Origin: Paragordius varius
Taxonomy: Eukaryota; Animalia; Nematomorpha
Assembly: GCA_964247055.1 (NCBI GenBank)
Contig: OZ176055.1
Span: 2,728,001-2,792,000, forward strand
DNA length: 64,000 nucleotides
Direction: 5' to 3'
Below the pieces are notes generated by a model. It saw nothing but the letters and a program-made list of their open reading frames with translations. It was not told the origin of the DNA and made no database searches. The position numbers and the translations under genes were made by a program. Below, in pieces: positions 27,000 to 40,908 of this stretch. Numbering within the stretch: the first letter of the stretch is position 1; every line of letters begins with the position of its first letter.

Positions 27000-27200
27000 A
27001 CCAAACAAAGGAATGCTATTTTTGCAAAGTGAGCCGTCGTATTGACTGGCTAATGGGGATTATATTTGCGCATTAAAACAGTTTTATCTTCTTTTCGCGC
27101 ATTTTTATTACCTCCACATTTCTGGCACGCTTTAAGCTTGTTAATTTTTCCTCATTTTATATTGGTGCTTTTTACGGACCGCGCAAATTGCAAAACCTAG
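27000..27200 (-). mobile_element. Possible Tc1/mariner transposase remnant
   Basis: KAPIxNEEKLTSLKRARN...REKKIKLF weakly resembles Tc1/Tc3 KxPLLxxxHKxKRLxFA...SDEKKFNL. Highly decayed. Confidence 0.3.
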
Positions 27201-28526
27201 ATGTAATAATAGTGCATTGACATCATAATGTAATAAACTTCAATACCATAGACTTTAGTTATTATTTTTAATGAAAGTTCTCAATAACTTATTTTTAACA
27301 TAATTTAGGCTAATTTTGTATATAGATATTAGTTCTAAAAACACCCTTAAAGGATTTCTTTAATTAAACCAAAGTTATTTGATAACCCATGATTACCTTA
27401 CATCCTATTACTATTATGGAATCTCTTTTAATGATAAGTTTTTCGTGAACGATTGCCACAAATCTTTTATACGCTTAAAGTTTGGTTTTTCGGAATTAAT
27501 TTGTTTATATAAATATTTTTTTGGGTAATTTTGGATTTTAGTAGGCATATTAGTTAAAAATAAATCCTTCCTATAGCCAAATTGTTTTTTGCATTTTGAA
27601 TAATTAAGTAAATAGGAATTAAGCAGCTAATAAGTAGAATAGGAGTTATTTTTTAAATTTTCAATATATTTTGCAAAGAACATTGCGTGGGCACTAGCAC
27701 TTGAACCCATTTTATGTCAATATAAAAATTTATAATCGATATTAGTTTTTTCCGTTTTGAGGGTATTTTTATTAATTCATTTTTGATAATTACATAAAAA
27801 TTATAGATATAAATATATATGATAAATTAGCTGTCTTTCACAAAAATAAACTAATAACGTGTGTATGGTGATGAAAAAATTGTGTCTGTATAAAATATAA
27901 TATAAATAATGCATAATAAGATGATTAGAAGAAATGAAGTTAATCAGGTTGACATGAAAGAGATCAAAATTAGGGATACTTCTGTAATGACGTATTTTAA
28001 ATAATTTTTCTAGCAAAAAGCACATCATTCTTTAAAATAATTTGTCATGATTGGTGACCATGTTATAATTTCTTATATATTGATTTGGCTAACGGTATAA
28101 GATTCTATAGTTTTAATAATAAATATAATGATAAAAAAAATTATCTTAACTATACCATAGCCTCTTTTGTTAATTTAGGATTAGTCTAATTTGATAGTAT
28201 GCACTTTATGCTGGCTTAGTCACATAATTGTTAGTCAATTTACAATACAGTAGCATATAATATAACGTAATTGTTGTCCATAATTAAATAAACAAAGTAT
28301 TGTAAGAAAGAAAAATTATTTAATTTTAACATTTTATTGTTTTTTTCCATGCACTACTGTGCTGCCAATTGACCAATCGTATTAAACTTTTCGGATACTT
28401 TAAGAAAGAAATGCAAAAATATTTCTTAATATTAGCAAACTAATATAAAATATTTAAATTCTCTTCCCCTTATTTTACCCATCTAATATAATACCCAAAC
28501 CAAAATAAATTTTGTATGCCCTATTT

Positions 28527-31500
28527 CTAGCAATTCACACACATCCATAAAGAAACAAATTTTACTGGATTAGCTAAGCTTTTTGGCCAATATTTAGTGC
28601 TTGTTGAACGGTCACCAAAGCTGGAACCTTTAGTTTTCCGTGTGCGTACATGATTTGCTGTTAAACCTAATTTATGTAAATTTACAAAAAAATGTGTTTT
28701 TTGACAAATGCGCATTTAGGCAAATTTTTATCATATACTCGCATGAAAATATAATATTTTAGCCCAAAGAAGAGTGAGAAATTAATCGTAGAGAAAATAC
28801 AAAATGTACAAGATTAATATATTTTTTATTTAAATAACCATATTTTTAGTCCTTGATTTATGGAAAAAACTTTGATAACTATTTTGAAATATAAATTGAA
28901 TAGACCAATGCGACAAATAAAGAACAAAGTTTTATAAATAAATAAAATACCTACTTAAACTTTTAAGGCTGTTTTCAAAACTTAAATATTTGGTGATTTT
29001 AGTAAAATATATTTGAAAAAAAACCATACCTATAATATTTTGTGGAAGGGGCGTTTGGGCATTATCAATCATAGGTTGTAGGACTCGACGTCGAGCGTTA
29101 ATAAACCAATTATTAATTTGAACGAGTGTTAAGTTAGTTTTGGCCATCATTTCCTTTTTCTCTTCGTCCGAAGGATAAGGGTGCTAAAGCAAATATACAA
29201 ATTTTTCAAAAGAAAATAAAAAGTCAACCAAAAGGTAAAAAATAAATATCAGCTAAAATAATCGAAAATTCATTTTTCCTAAGATAAATAAAACAATAAT
29301 TTATTAACAAGCTCTGTCGCTTCCCATTCACAATTGAGGATACCGCATCATTATCGATTTTTAAGTAAAATAAATATTTTCTTTTTTATAATTAAAATGT
29401 AATTAATAAATATTTTAGCATTTACAGTTTGTAGAAAGGTACACTTAATGAGACTTTAACCGATTATAAACTTAGACCATTTATTGGCGCAGTTTATACT
29501 ATAAAAGCTATTTATGATATTATTTCAATAACGATAGAATACCAATAAATGTTGAAACAGCCAACTTCTCATACAATCCAGAGCGTGTTTAGGAAGGCCT
29601 CCGCGCTTGGCACTTCCGCTTTCAGAAGTACCGCTACAGTGTGTGGATGCATTTTGATGATTATCAAACAGTTCATTGAATTGGGCCAAAGTTAACCCGT
29701 TTATAACGAGACCACCATTGCTATTTGGGTCAAACGTATTGTTGTTGGAATTAATATTAGTATTGTGATTGTGGACATCATTAGATAAAATTACATCGTT
29801 GGAATTACTAAATAACCAAAAAAGAATGGATAATACAGAAGCGTTTTAAATTCAATAAAAATTATATAAAATTATGATAAAATAGTAGAGAAAAAGCAAT
29901 ATAAAAATTTCCATTTTTAAATTTAAAATAAATTTTTCGAAAATAATCATGATATTTTTTAAACATTTCGGCCATTATCAGTTTAATAAAATTCACTCAT
30001 AAAAAATAAATGCGACATATAACTTAAAACAACAAATAATATTATTGGTATTACAACTATTGAATAAAAAAGAAAATAAACATACTTTGTAGGAATTATA
30101 AGTTCTTGAGTGGTCGCTGGTATCGTAGGGGTTTTATTCACAACAGGAACGATATTTGGATTATTTGGAAAGTGCGTTGTCGATAATTGGATATTAGTTG
30201 ATGGTATATTTGGGGCATTAGGATTAATGCATGACGAAGGTGTTGCATTTGGAATGACCGTTGCCGAAGGGTTTGTATATGTTGGAGCAAACGAATTACT
30301 ATTTTCTGGTAAAAATTTTACGGGAGTATATATATAAAATATATATAGTCTTTAATATTTTTATTCTAATAACCGAAATTGTATACATATACAGTAAAAG
30401 CAAAAAAATAAATAGGAAAGTTTTTATATGTGTTTTAACAATTCAAAAAAATAAAGAGAAATGAAAAAGCAGACCATGGTAAATATTATATTAATATAGC
30501 AATAGCGTAATAATTTAACTTAATGTTTTTTACTCTAAAACCTCTTATGTGATTTCCCTTTATTTTTCACTTCAAAATTTATATCCATAAATTTATCATA
30601 TTATATTAATTTTTATTGTGCGAATATAAAACCTTATGTAGAAAATTTTAAAATTTTTATTACAAAATCAAAATTATCCAAGAAATAATTAGTAGTCGCA
30701 TATAATATATATTATAAGTAAATCAGAATATTACCTGTGCCCGAAATGACTAAAATAGGCTGGGGGTTATTTTGTTGATTTGATTGTTGTTGTGAAGAGC
30801 GTAAGCGTTTAGGTTGTTGAATCAGGTTGGGTGTATTGACATTCGGTGCGGCTAATAATATATTGCCAGTGGGAGATATCATAGTCGGAGATACTAAAAT
30901 TGAATAAAATTTCACGTTACGACGTTGGATATAGATAATAAAGTTGGTCAAACAAAAAAATAATTGGAACAATTAAACATTTTTTCGTTTTAACTTTTTT
31001 AATTTCTCAATTTTACGACTATTTTCAAACATTGCGAAACGAAAAAAAAATCTGATTGCAATAATGATTTTGCGATATAGCCCGCCCAAAATAATAATTT
31101 TACAAGAAATATAATTATTTAAGAACAAAACTAACTTTTGTTTGAAACTGCAGGAGATTGTTGAAGTAATGGCATTGATGGGGTTAAAATTGTAGGATTA
31201 ACTAATAAAATAATTTGGATTACATATTAAAATTATCATATTAATATGGTGAAAAAAAAGTATATAAGCCATATTATACATTTATGCAACCTTAATATCA
31301 GTTTTATTTAAAATAATTACGATATTATTTCATAGTAAAAAAATTATTATCTTAAATTCCAAAACTAAAAAATATATTACCGCCACCGAAAGGGATTTGA
31401 ACAAGCGGGGTAGCGTGAGGAAACGTATTCATTTGTTGCAGTGGTTGAATAAATTGAGGTGTTCCTGGTGCATTACTAAAGCATATAGTTATATAAATTT

Positions 31501-34500
31501 TTTCCAGATATTAAATTATAGATCTGAGGTTTTGCAAAAAAGCGCGCCTATAACCATTTTGGCTTATATTTTTAAATTAAATGAGATCTCAACCCGCAAA
31601 AAAAGCCTATTATGCGTTACAGAAGTTATTGACTCTGAAAGAGTTGTGAATAAAAACTGAATCAATATCGAAAAAAATGTGGTCCAGAGGAAATGTTAGT
31701 AAACAGAAATTAAACATATAAAAAAATTATCTTAAGTCATATTATAATTGCTAAGGAGATAGAACAAATGTATTATTGGCAATCATGGAATAGAAACGAT
31801 CGTTTAAAAAAATGTGATTTAAAAAAATGTAAAATGTGGGATGCAAATTGTGCAATATCTGTTGCTATACTTTGTATTGGATACAGTCACGCTCTGTGGT
31901 CAGTTTTAACTACCGACTTAAATAAAAACAACTTTTTCAAAAAAATACCTATAAAAGATAATGTAAATATATATTGAATCTAAACCTAGGATTTAGGAAG
32001 GATGCTCCAGGCGGTAGCAAAAATATTTGGGGAGCTGTTTGTATCTAAAACATTATTGTAGTAAACATGATATGAAAAATAAAGCAAAAAAAGGGTATAA
32101 AAGCTTTTATTAGCAAACGTTTGAATATCGAATATATAAAAAAATAACTTGTATAGGTTGGGCTATATATCCCCCATTTGCAGTGGGTATCATTTGATAC
32201 ACTGTTTGTATTTGACTAGGTTGTTGAAAATAAATCTGTGCGCGCAAAAAATAAAAAAATATTCAGGTTGTGACATTTAATGCATATGAACGTTTTAAAT
32301 TTTCATTTTAATAATGAGGATTTGTTTTGTTTATAGTAAAAATGGTTTATTTATGAACCTAAAAACTATCTTTTAAAAAACATAAAATTATGGTTAAGTT
32401 TCGGGATATTATTTTATCGAAATCAAATAATTATCCAAAAAAACAAAATAATTGTACTACGTAACATTTCCCTCTTTTTTGAAAACGTACAACACACAGT
32501 TTAGGATAATTTGTGCAGGTTATACGCACACCTATTATTATAAAAATCAGTAATTGGATATTCCATTTCATAATCCATTCTACCAAATCAAAACTTCGAA
32601 ATATCAAAATTTCCATAAAATTTTATTTAAAACAAAAAAAACATGAAATATAAAACGCTATAATGGTACCGGTTGATTAGAATTGATTTGAGGTGTCGCC
32701 ATAAGTGGTGTTAAATTGTAACTTGCATTACTAAGCATTGCATTCATAAGGGGAGCCGTTGTCATGGTAACAGAAGAAGGATTTATATTACTAACATTAT
32801 TGTTGTTGGGTAAAAGATTTAGATTTTGATTATTTGTTACAATGTTTGTAGGAGTAACAACATAGGGTATAGTGCTTGATGCATTGATTGAAGGCAAGGG
32901 TGTGGAGATGTTTGAAACTATTATATAATAGAAAATGAAGAATTATTTATTCTAAATAAATAAAAATTTAATTCCGTATTTCAACGCCGAATATGAATGG
33001 CAAACTGTCAATTTTTGAAATTTATTCCGTTTAATATAGCGTTACAATAGTTCCAATTTCATTAAATTCTATTCGTGTTGCATAAAAATATAAAGATCCA
33101 AATCAAAAACTTGTTAATACTTTTAAGCTCTAGCTAGCTAAAAAAACTTTAATAGACTTTACACATGTTTTACCAACATTCTCTCTATTTTAATTGTATA
33201 GTAATTTTTAAATATTCAGTTTTTAAAAGCTTACTGGTATTAGAGGAATTTGATGTTTGATTTAACATTTCATTTGCCGTTGTATCAACAGTTAGGGGTA
33301 TCACATGTTCGACATTAAAATTATTAATACTAATAGCAGTTTCATGCTCAGGTTGTTCAAGTTTGGTTTTTGCATTGGCAAGAGTTGTTTCATTTTTTGT
33401 AATTCCTTTGTTGTCATTCATAGTTGCGTTTCCATGGTAACTAGATGAAGCATTAGTAAAATCATCAAAATTTGTTGGGAACGGACTATTATTATTATCA
33501 TTTTCTAAGGTAGTATTATCATTCCTTAAAATTTCCCCATACAATGTTGCAGGCTGGTTTTGTTGATTCGCAAAATATGATAGTGATTGTGGTTGAGGTA
33601 TATATGGCGTTTGTTGCGTTGGTGAAGTAAAGGAAATTAAGGCATTACTTAATTCATCATAGCTGACTGTGTAATAAATATAGAACATGCATATATACAT
33701 TTAGAGGTAAGAAAATGAAATTATATGGACAAAACGTTGAAACTAAAAAAGAAAAACCATACCTTTTAAACCTGAATTATTTCCTAAACTATTAAATTAT
33801 TCCAATTGTAAATTATATAATTGAGTGTATTAACAATTTACATCTCAATTCTTTATTTTTTGAAACCCAAAATGATGAGTTGTATTTAAAAATAAAACAT
33901 TTTTAAAATATGGGTGTAAAAATACTTGTCTTTTAGTTTTTACTGGATATATACCTTTTTTTCCATTGAAAATTATGTTAAACTAAGTTTTGTTGACTTA
34001 TCGTTAAAGCAAAAAATTTTTTTATAAGTATCGGGACTTTATGATTAGATAGGTAAATCTTTTATAAATTTTTTTAGATACCTAAATCAAAGTAGTAACC
34101 GTAACCTCAATTATTAAAATATATAATACAATGGATTAACATTGGAAAGACGATTTCCAAACTTTTTATTCACCAAGCAAATAATGAAAAGTAAAATTAC
34201 AATCTCATCCAAGTAATCCTAACCACATATTAAAAATCTTATGAATTGCCCCACAGGTCGCGAAAATTTAGGATTTTTCACGAATTCTCTTAATTAAATC
34301 AATTAATCTTAAACAAATATCAAATGAATTGCTAACCATTTGCCTAGTTAAAACGGCACATGCGTAATAGATTCTTTTCAATATGGTTTGGTTATCATAT
34401 AAAATCTTATGATGACTTTGGCAAAAATTTTAGGATTGGTTACATTATTCAAAATCAAAATTAAAGTAGCCTTCACAACTGATAAAATTTAAGTCCTTAT

Positions 34501-37500
34501 CATTAATTATGAAAAGGAAAAGAGAGATTGTAAACCAGTGTTACTCAAACTCTAGGTCCATTTTTTTATTTTACATATTAATTTAATCTACAAATTTGTC
34601 AAAAAGTTATAAAATATTTATCGGTAATACATCAAACATAATTTTTTTGGTGAATTAATAACATTGCTTTAAACTGTACATTTATTCATATTCATATACC
34701 ATACAGTTTAGAGTCTCTTTTTTCCTTTTTTATTAAAGGGTAAGGACTTAAATTTGTATGCGGACATGTGAAGGCTTTAACACTCGCCTGCCCAGGGCTC
34801 ACGGTGATGGAAAAAATGCGTAGTTTCGGGGTTCAAACTCTGGCACGCAGAGTTAGAGTCCGGCGCCCTACCAACTATACCATCACGCCTCATATTCATA
34901 TACCATACATTAACTATAATAGATCCTTGACACTCCAAAAACTAAACAAAAAAGAATAAGCTTACTTACCATTTGCACCCATTATGGCAGCGCCAGGGGT
35001 GGGTAGAAACGCCCCGGGTTCTTTTCTGCTGCTGGCAGAAGCATTATCGCTCAGGATGGGTTGATCCGCTATAGCGGTCCCCTCGTTATGAATGTTAGTT
35101 TTCAGGCACGTCACGTAACGTTGAGCAAATTCATCGCACAACTCCTCAACTTTGTGTAATTCCGCCAAGTGAATAGCAAATACTTGCAAGGCTTTAAGCA
35201 TGCAATCATCAACCTCAGCATTTTGCGTAATGTGTAAATGGTCGGGTAAAAGTTTACCCCCATCTGTGTCGTCTTCAGAGTCCTCATCACTTTCATTATT
35301 GATGTCAGAATTTTTGGTAACAGTAATAGGTGCTGTTGTCTTGCTTTCATCCACTATTAAAATTATAAAGAATATAGAAAACAACTTTAATAAAGTAGAA
35401 AACTACAGTATGCAGATTAAGTGTCGGCCAAATTCACATATTGTTGATTAATTGGGAATGCAGTAGGGCGTATGATGTAAACCAAATTTTCTCAACAATT
35501 AAATAAATAAATTTGATGATATGATAATCGTCGTAATAAACGTGAAATATATTTTCACGTTATTCTACGACGATTTTTACATCATTTACATTACAAATGT
35601 TGTAAAATATTATATTGCATTGCTGATTGACCAATATAAATATTCATATTGTGAACTTTTAGAATGGGATTGAACATAAAATTTTGGGCAAACATACTTT
35701 AAACAGAAAAAATGCAAACAAAAAGCTTCAATTAAACATTTTTAAATAGCTAACGCTAAGATACTGTTTCAAAAATTTTTATTTTTGTAATCAATAACTT
35801 TAAAGTAATATAAAACAAAAATATAAATAAAATATTTATTTTTAATGAAGAATCTAATGTAATAAATATCATAATTACCAAACATATTTCATATAAATCG
35901 ATTTTTATCATATCATCAACTACAGCAATTATATTCAACAGAGATCTATGCACCCTTTTCAAATCAAAATTATTTGCAATCTGTTAAATATTTGTTATAT
36001 AAAATTACAAAAAATATCAAATTAGTATAAAAATAAAACCTTTTGTTGTAGATACAGATTCATTCTTTTCCAAATTTTTATCTAGTGATTTTAGTGCAGT
36101 TTTAAGATATTTTTCGATTTCCTCGGGGGACATCATGCGACACAACTCACCAGCTTTTACAGCTAACGCAGGTAAATCCAACAATTTTTTATGCTGTTGG
36201 TTCCCTATTATATCGATTAATTTAGATATTTCAACAAAATATAATAAATTTAATAAGATTATATATATATATATATAAGCTATAAAGGATTTATGAATAA
36301 ATAATTAATTAAAAAGATTGTAAAAACATAAAATATTAGATCATTTAACCACCAATATTTACATTCCAGACAATATAAAAAAATAAATTAACCTTAAATA
36401 TTTTCCCTGAAACTTAAAAAATTATTTAAATGCGTAAGGTACAGTGTAGTGTGTAGTTTTAAGAGATATCAACTCGCCAAATAAAAAAACATTTATTTTC
36501 GACCATTTTTACATTTAACTTTCCAAACATGATATATTATTCAAAAATTTACCAACAAACTAACTCTGAGGCCCTTTACATACGTTAAAACATATACCTA
36601 TCAAAATTAACTTTATAAGCAAGCCTAATATATTAAAATATATTATCAAAATAAAGTAACTCTAAGAAGTACTTTTTGAACGCGATTCGGTCTCCGTTAT
36701 AATCAATTCAGTCCTAATGCCATTCTCATCCTCATCGTCAGAAACATGATTTGAATTCGAAACATTAATATTATTATTCGGTATTGTAGTAACTGGGGCT
36801 GGGCTAGTAGACTTTTCAAACAGAGTTTTAAAGTGTGCTCCAAGCGTTGCCAATTGACAACGGGACATTAATTCACACAAAAGGGGATATAAGGGGTGTT
36901 GCGTTATAGCGCAACTTATAGTTTCTGTTTCGCGCGGACTTAGCGGTTCCGGTTCAGGCGTTAAAACTTCTTCAAGACCATTATTGTTGATATTACCTGT
37001 GGTTTCATCAAACTCATTTTCAACACCATCATGGGATAGTAACAAACCGGTAGTGGTACCATCTCCAAAACTTTTTATAGCAATATTACCATCATTATTT
37101 ATACCATATGGCGTTTGTATGAAAGCCGTATTATTTCTATCAAGAAAAAAAAGAATAAAAATGTAAATTAACTCTCTAGTTTCCAGCGATTTCTGGATGA
37201 AACAGTATAATTGTAAATAAAGGTTATCTAATAAATATATTATATAAATCATCAAAATTTTCGTTAGATGTTATAAAACAAAATTAAGATAAATGTTATT
37301 GCATTACTGTGATGGAGCAAGGAATGCATTGTTATTTTGATCGATGGCCAAAGTAGGCATAGATGTCAGGTCCCCTGCGCCATTAGGTGCTACAAACATT
37401 TGTTCTTGTTTTATGGTGCTCCCATTTGCAGAAACAGTATTACTAAATTGTTGAAAAGGTATTGAATTCATAAAACACGGTTGCAAATTGGCTATCTGAT

Positions 37501-38101
37501 TGCTACCGATATTTGTAGGATTGTTTATATTACCCAAAGTGTTTCCATAAATCAAGTTTGAAGGAGGATTCAATGATGATATATGATTATTGTTTAGAGG
37601 TAGTGGTGGAGAAATAAACAGGGGAGTTGGGTTAGGCAAAACGTTAATTAGGCCTGCTTGGTTTTCTGCATTTGCAGTATTTGCTAAATTAGATGGATCA
37701 GGATCTAAATATAATATTAAACGTAAATAAAGATCTAAATTTTAAAATTAGATTTTTATACAATGATGATGTTTAATATAGAGATTAAAATAAGTATTAG
37801 CTTTCTAAATATGCGGTTTAAAACAGAACTGCTTACAGACCTAAAAAATCGTCTTCATCCGTTTCGGATTCACCTGGTAAGAATTCTGAGCCACCTAACG
37901 TGACATTTTGTAAGGAATGACGTCCATCTAAAAATGTGGCAAAACTGGAAGCATCTACCAATTGCAGATCATTTGGGATCTAATTTTTATTTAACTGAAG
38001 AAAACCTGATTGGTAATGTATTGAGACATTCCGCTTTGATCCACAACAGAATTAACGATCTGAATAAACTGACCACTAACGGGAATACCTCCCGTCTCCA
38101 T
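28527..38101 (-). CDS. PKNOX: TALE-class homeobox protein of the PKNOX/Prep family, about 17 coding exons, roughly 1150-1200 aa
   Basis: MEINOX HM1 [18 protein letters not shown]; HM2 [40 protein letters not shown]. The homeodomain [22 protein letters not shown]|[40 protein letters not shown] spans exons at about 29542-29809 and 29031-29183. TNLTL, CLKT and a downstream KYWP motif favour PKNOX over Meis. The first and last exons are less certain. Confidence 0.88.
34706..34889 (-). mobile_element. Full-length tRNA-derived SINE (about 184 bp) with 20-bp TSD, in a PKNOX intron
   Basis: 5' head GGCGTGATGGTATAGTTGGTAGGGCGCCGGACTCTAACTCTGCGTGCCAGAGTTTGAACCCCG carries Pol III A- and B-box-like motifs. 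Direct repeat TCATATTCATATACCATACA at 34686-34705 and 34890-34909. An inverted 3' fragment lies at about 34461-34535. Confidence 0.85.
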
Positions 38102-38660
38102 ATCAATGAAGATTTCAAAACTTTTATCTGCATATTAAATGATTATAAATTTAAATTTTAGAATTTGACATTAAATCAGTAATTATCATAATTTTGTGTC
38201 ACACCAATTGAATGGCATTGTAATTTCAATCATGTCATTCAAGATTAATCCAAAACTTCTTAAACCATTATTATCAAATATAAAAACATAAAAAAGGGTT
38301 TTAAGCAATTAATTTACCTTTTTATTAGAATTTAGGAGCTAATTAACGGAATAAAGCAAGAATAAGCTAAGAATTCAAAGCCAACTGACACGTATAATCA
38401 CTGTCTCCGCCATTTTGAAAAAAATGATCGATGTATCAAGGCATGCATTAATTACATATAGATTTGAAGGACATGCCAAAACATAGAAATCGTGAAGACA
38501 ATTGTTTTTAATTAATTATAAACCCAAATTCATCTAAAAATATATTATATTGTAAATAGACGTATCATACTATAAGTATAAAAAAGAGTGCGCTTTAATA
38601 TATGACCCGTGTGGAAGTATTTTACCTTTTATGAACATAACATTAAATTGGTATTTTAAA

Positions 38661-40908
38661 CAGGGGTGTCAACACAAATCGCTTCGCGGGCCAAACTCGA
38701 AATAAATATGGGCTTAAATAATATTCGATTTTAAACATAAGATTGAAAGGCAAGCACAACATAAAAATTTTTTATTTCTTGCCAATTAGATAAACTTATT
38801 CAGATAAATTATTTAGGAAACATAAATTTTACGATTTAGTCAAAATGTTTTTGATTAGGATTTCCAAATTTTTTTGCCAGTCACATATTGGACAACCCTG
38901 GTAATTAATAATTTATTTTCGGACCGAAAATATTGATTGGTTTCTAAAATTAAATAATTTTAGCCTTCTTTTCCAAGTTAATAAACAATAATCGTATTAA
39001 GTATTTCTAGGAAGGTAAGGAATGTCCATTGTGCAGAGGCGTTTGCATTTCTGGCGCCCGGTATAGGAATCCGAATCCGTAATGGCGCCCTCTCCTTCCA
39101 TGCGATCCCTTACTTTTAAATGATCAAGTATAAACCGTGATGACCATTCATAAATAGGTGATATTTTTATGCATTATTTAAAATAATAACTTCTTACTAC
39201 CTAATTTTTTCAAATAAAATTAAAATTAATTTATATCCGGAACCCCGCCAACTATGGCGCCCGTGCATCAGCCCCCGTTTCCCCTCTGGCTAAGCCTCTT
39301 GGTCAAAAAATATATTTTTTAATCAATTGGTGCGATTATCTCTAATTTAGTGGTGATGAAAAATAATTCCTTAACCTAACTAAATGCACAATTTTATACC
39401 TTGATTATATTACATGCATTATAGTTTAATATTTCTATAAATCAATCTTTTATAATTTATTTATTTAATCGGTGGAGCGGGTAGACTATGATATCAATGG
39501 TATTGTAAAATTCGCATATTGAAGTGCACTATCTTTCAGGGAATCATGAAAATACATACATAATGACTGTCAATAAATATCGACTTTCACTAGATAAAAA
39601 TTTGAATATGTTAGGTGAAAGTATAAAACAAATATTAGTGGTTTAAACAGAGATACAGTAAATGTCTAAATTAGAATCTTAGGCAAAGATACAAATTTAA
39701 AATGATTCTGACGCCTAAAAATCTCATTAACACCCAAGTTAATAAGAAGGCTTATATATTCCATAGCCAATCTAGAGCGTTAGGGAGATATTAAGATAAG
39801 GAGTATGAATTATGGAAAAGCCCTATAAACATTTTAACATATTTTAAGTCATGACCCCTAAGCTAAGCTCGTTATGGATCTTTTTACAACACATTTTTCT
39901 TACTGTTACCAATAATCGGCTGTCAACAATTAATTTATTGATATTTAGTTCTAGTTTCGCCATGACCGTATTCACATGATAAACACTTATAATCCCAACG
40001 CATCTAAGATGATAAATAAATCTATCCTCACAAATTTATTTGTCCTTAATATCAAATTAATTTGAAAATGGGCGAAAATGCCACTATAAAATGTTAAATT
40101 ATTTCGAATTTTGGGACACTTCTCTTTCTACCAAATGCGGCCATTGTTCTGAATAATTTACGCTATAATAATAAAACTCATTGGGGTTTGATAAAATTAT
40201 AACAATTAATTTAACAAGTTCACAGAAAATTTAGAGTATAAATTATTTATAGGAAATATTTTATAATTTTTATTATTTTTTTATTTTTAGAAAAGCACAT
40301 TGAAGTTTTTTGTTGACGAGCATTTTTAAGGTTATATATTGATGTTTCCCCATGAGCACATATGAATACTCAATTATTTTTGAAATATTTATATGACATC
40401 TTTATGCGTGAGTCAATGTCTTTTTCTATTCATAAAAACTTTAAAGGCGCAAGGTAAAAGGCTAACCAACATCTAATTCAATTTAAATTGTTAATTATTT
40501 TAAGTAATGCAAAAATATTTAAGGCATTTTTTAAATTTACTATTTTTTAAAACAATCATAATTGGAATGTTTGAGGGCTTTTTATCGCTATTATACCAAT
40601 GTTAACTTTGAAACGGATATAAAAAAGATAGTTTTTATTAATTACGGGAAAATAAATTGACAACATCCTTGCTTTCCAACACGCGGACATTCAAAATTTT
40701 TATGCTGCCCGAAAAAATTTCAAATACAAAATTTTTCTAAATTTCGGCAATGAACTAGATAAAATTTGTAAATCAAATAGTTTTTATTACAATCTTTTTG
40801 AAATCTAATAAAATAATTTTTGATGCCCATCTATTTTGTAAATGCGACCAAGAAATTTTTTGATCCAAAAATGCAGGCCGCGGAGCCATTTGTGTTGAAC
40901 AACCCGAG
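38661..40908. mobile_element. Probable non-autonomous hAT element with nested MITEs
   Basis: CAGGGGTGTCAACACAAATCGCTTCGCGGGCC at 38661 is an imperfect inverted repeat of GGCCGCGGAGCCATTTGTGTTGAACAACCCGAG ending at 40908. The TSD is not clean. A CAGAGGCG...GCCTCT MITE lies inside at about 39034-39301. Confidence 0.5.

Noticed and set aside
34820-34889. Amber-suppressor or pyrrolysine tRNA (CTA in the loop)
   Set aside because: The acceptor and T stems do not close, the sequence continues into a SINE body flanked by a TSD, and all modelled genes use TAG as a normal stop.
35756-35990. Additional PKNOX exon (ORF 35756-35962)
   Set aside because: Its splice phases are incompatible; the flanking exons join directly in phase 1.
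14307-38161. Numerous short antisense or alternate-frame ORFs (for example 14307, 14853, 16225, 17854, 18014, 22107, 22319, 30110, 35200, 36984, 37934)
   Set aside because: They are shadows of INTS3 and PKNOX coding exons with no independent homology or splice support.
38407-38416. YY1-like CCGCCATTTT motif upstream of PKNOX
   Set aside because: The same motif occurs within repeats at about 12865 and 50840, so it is not diagnostic.
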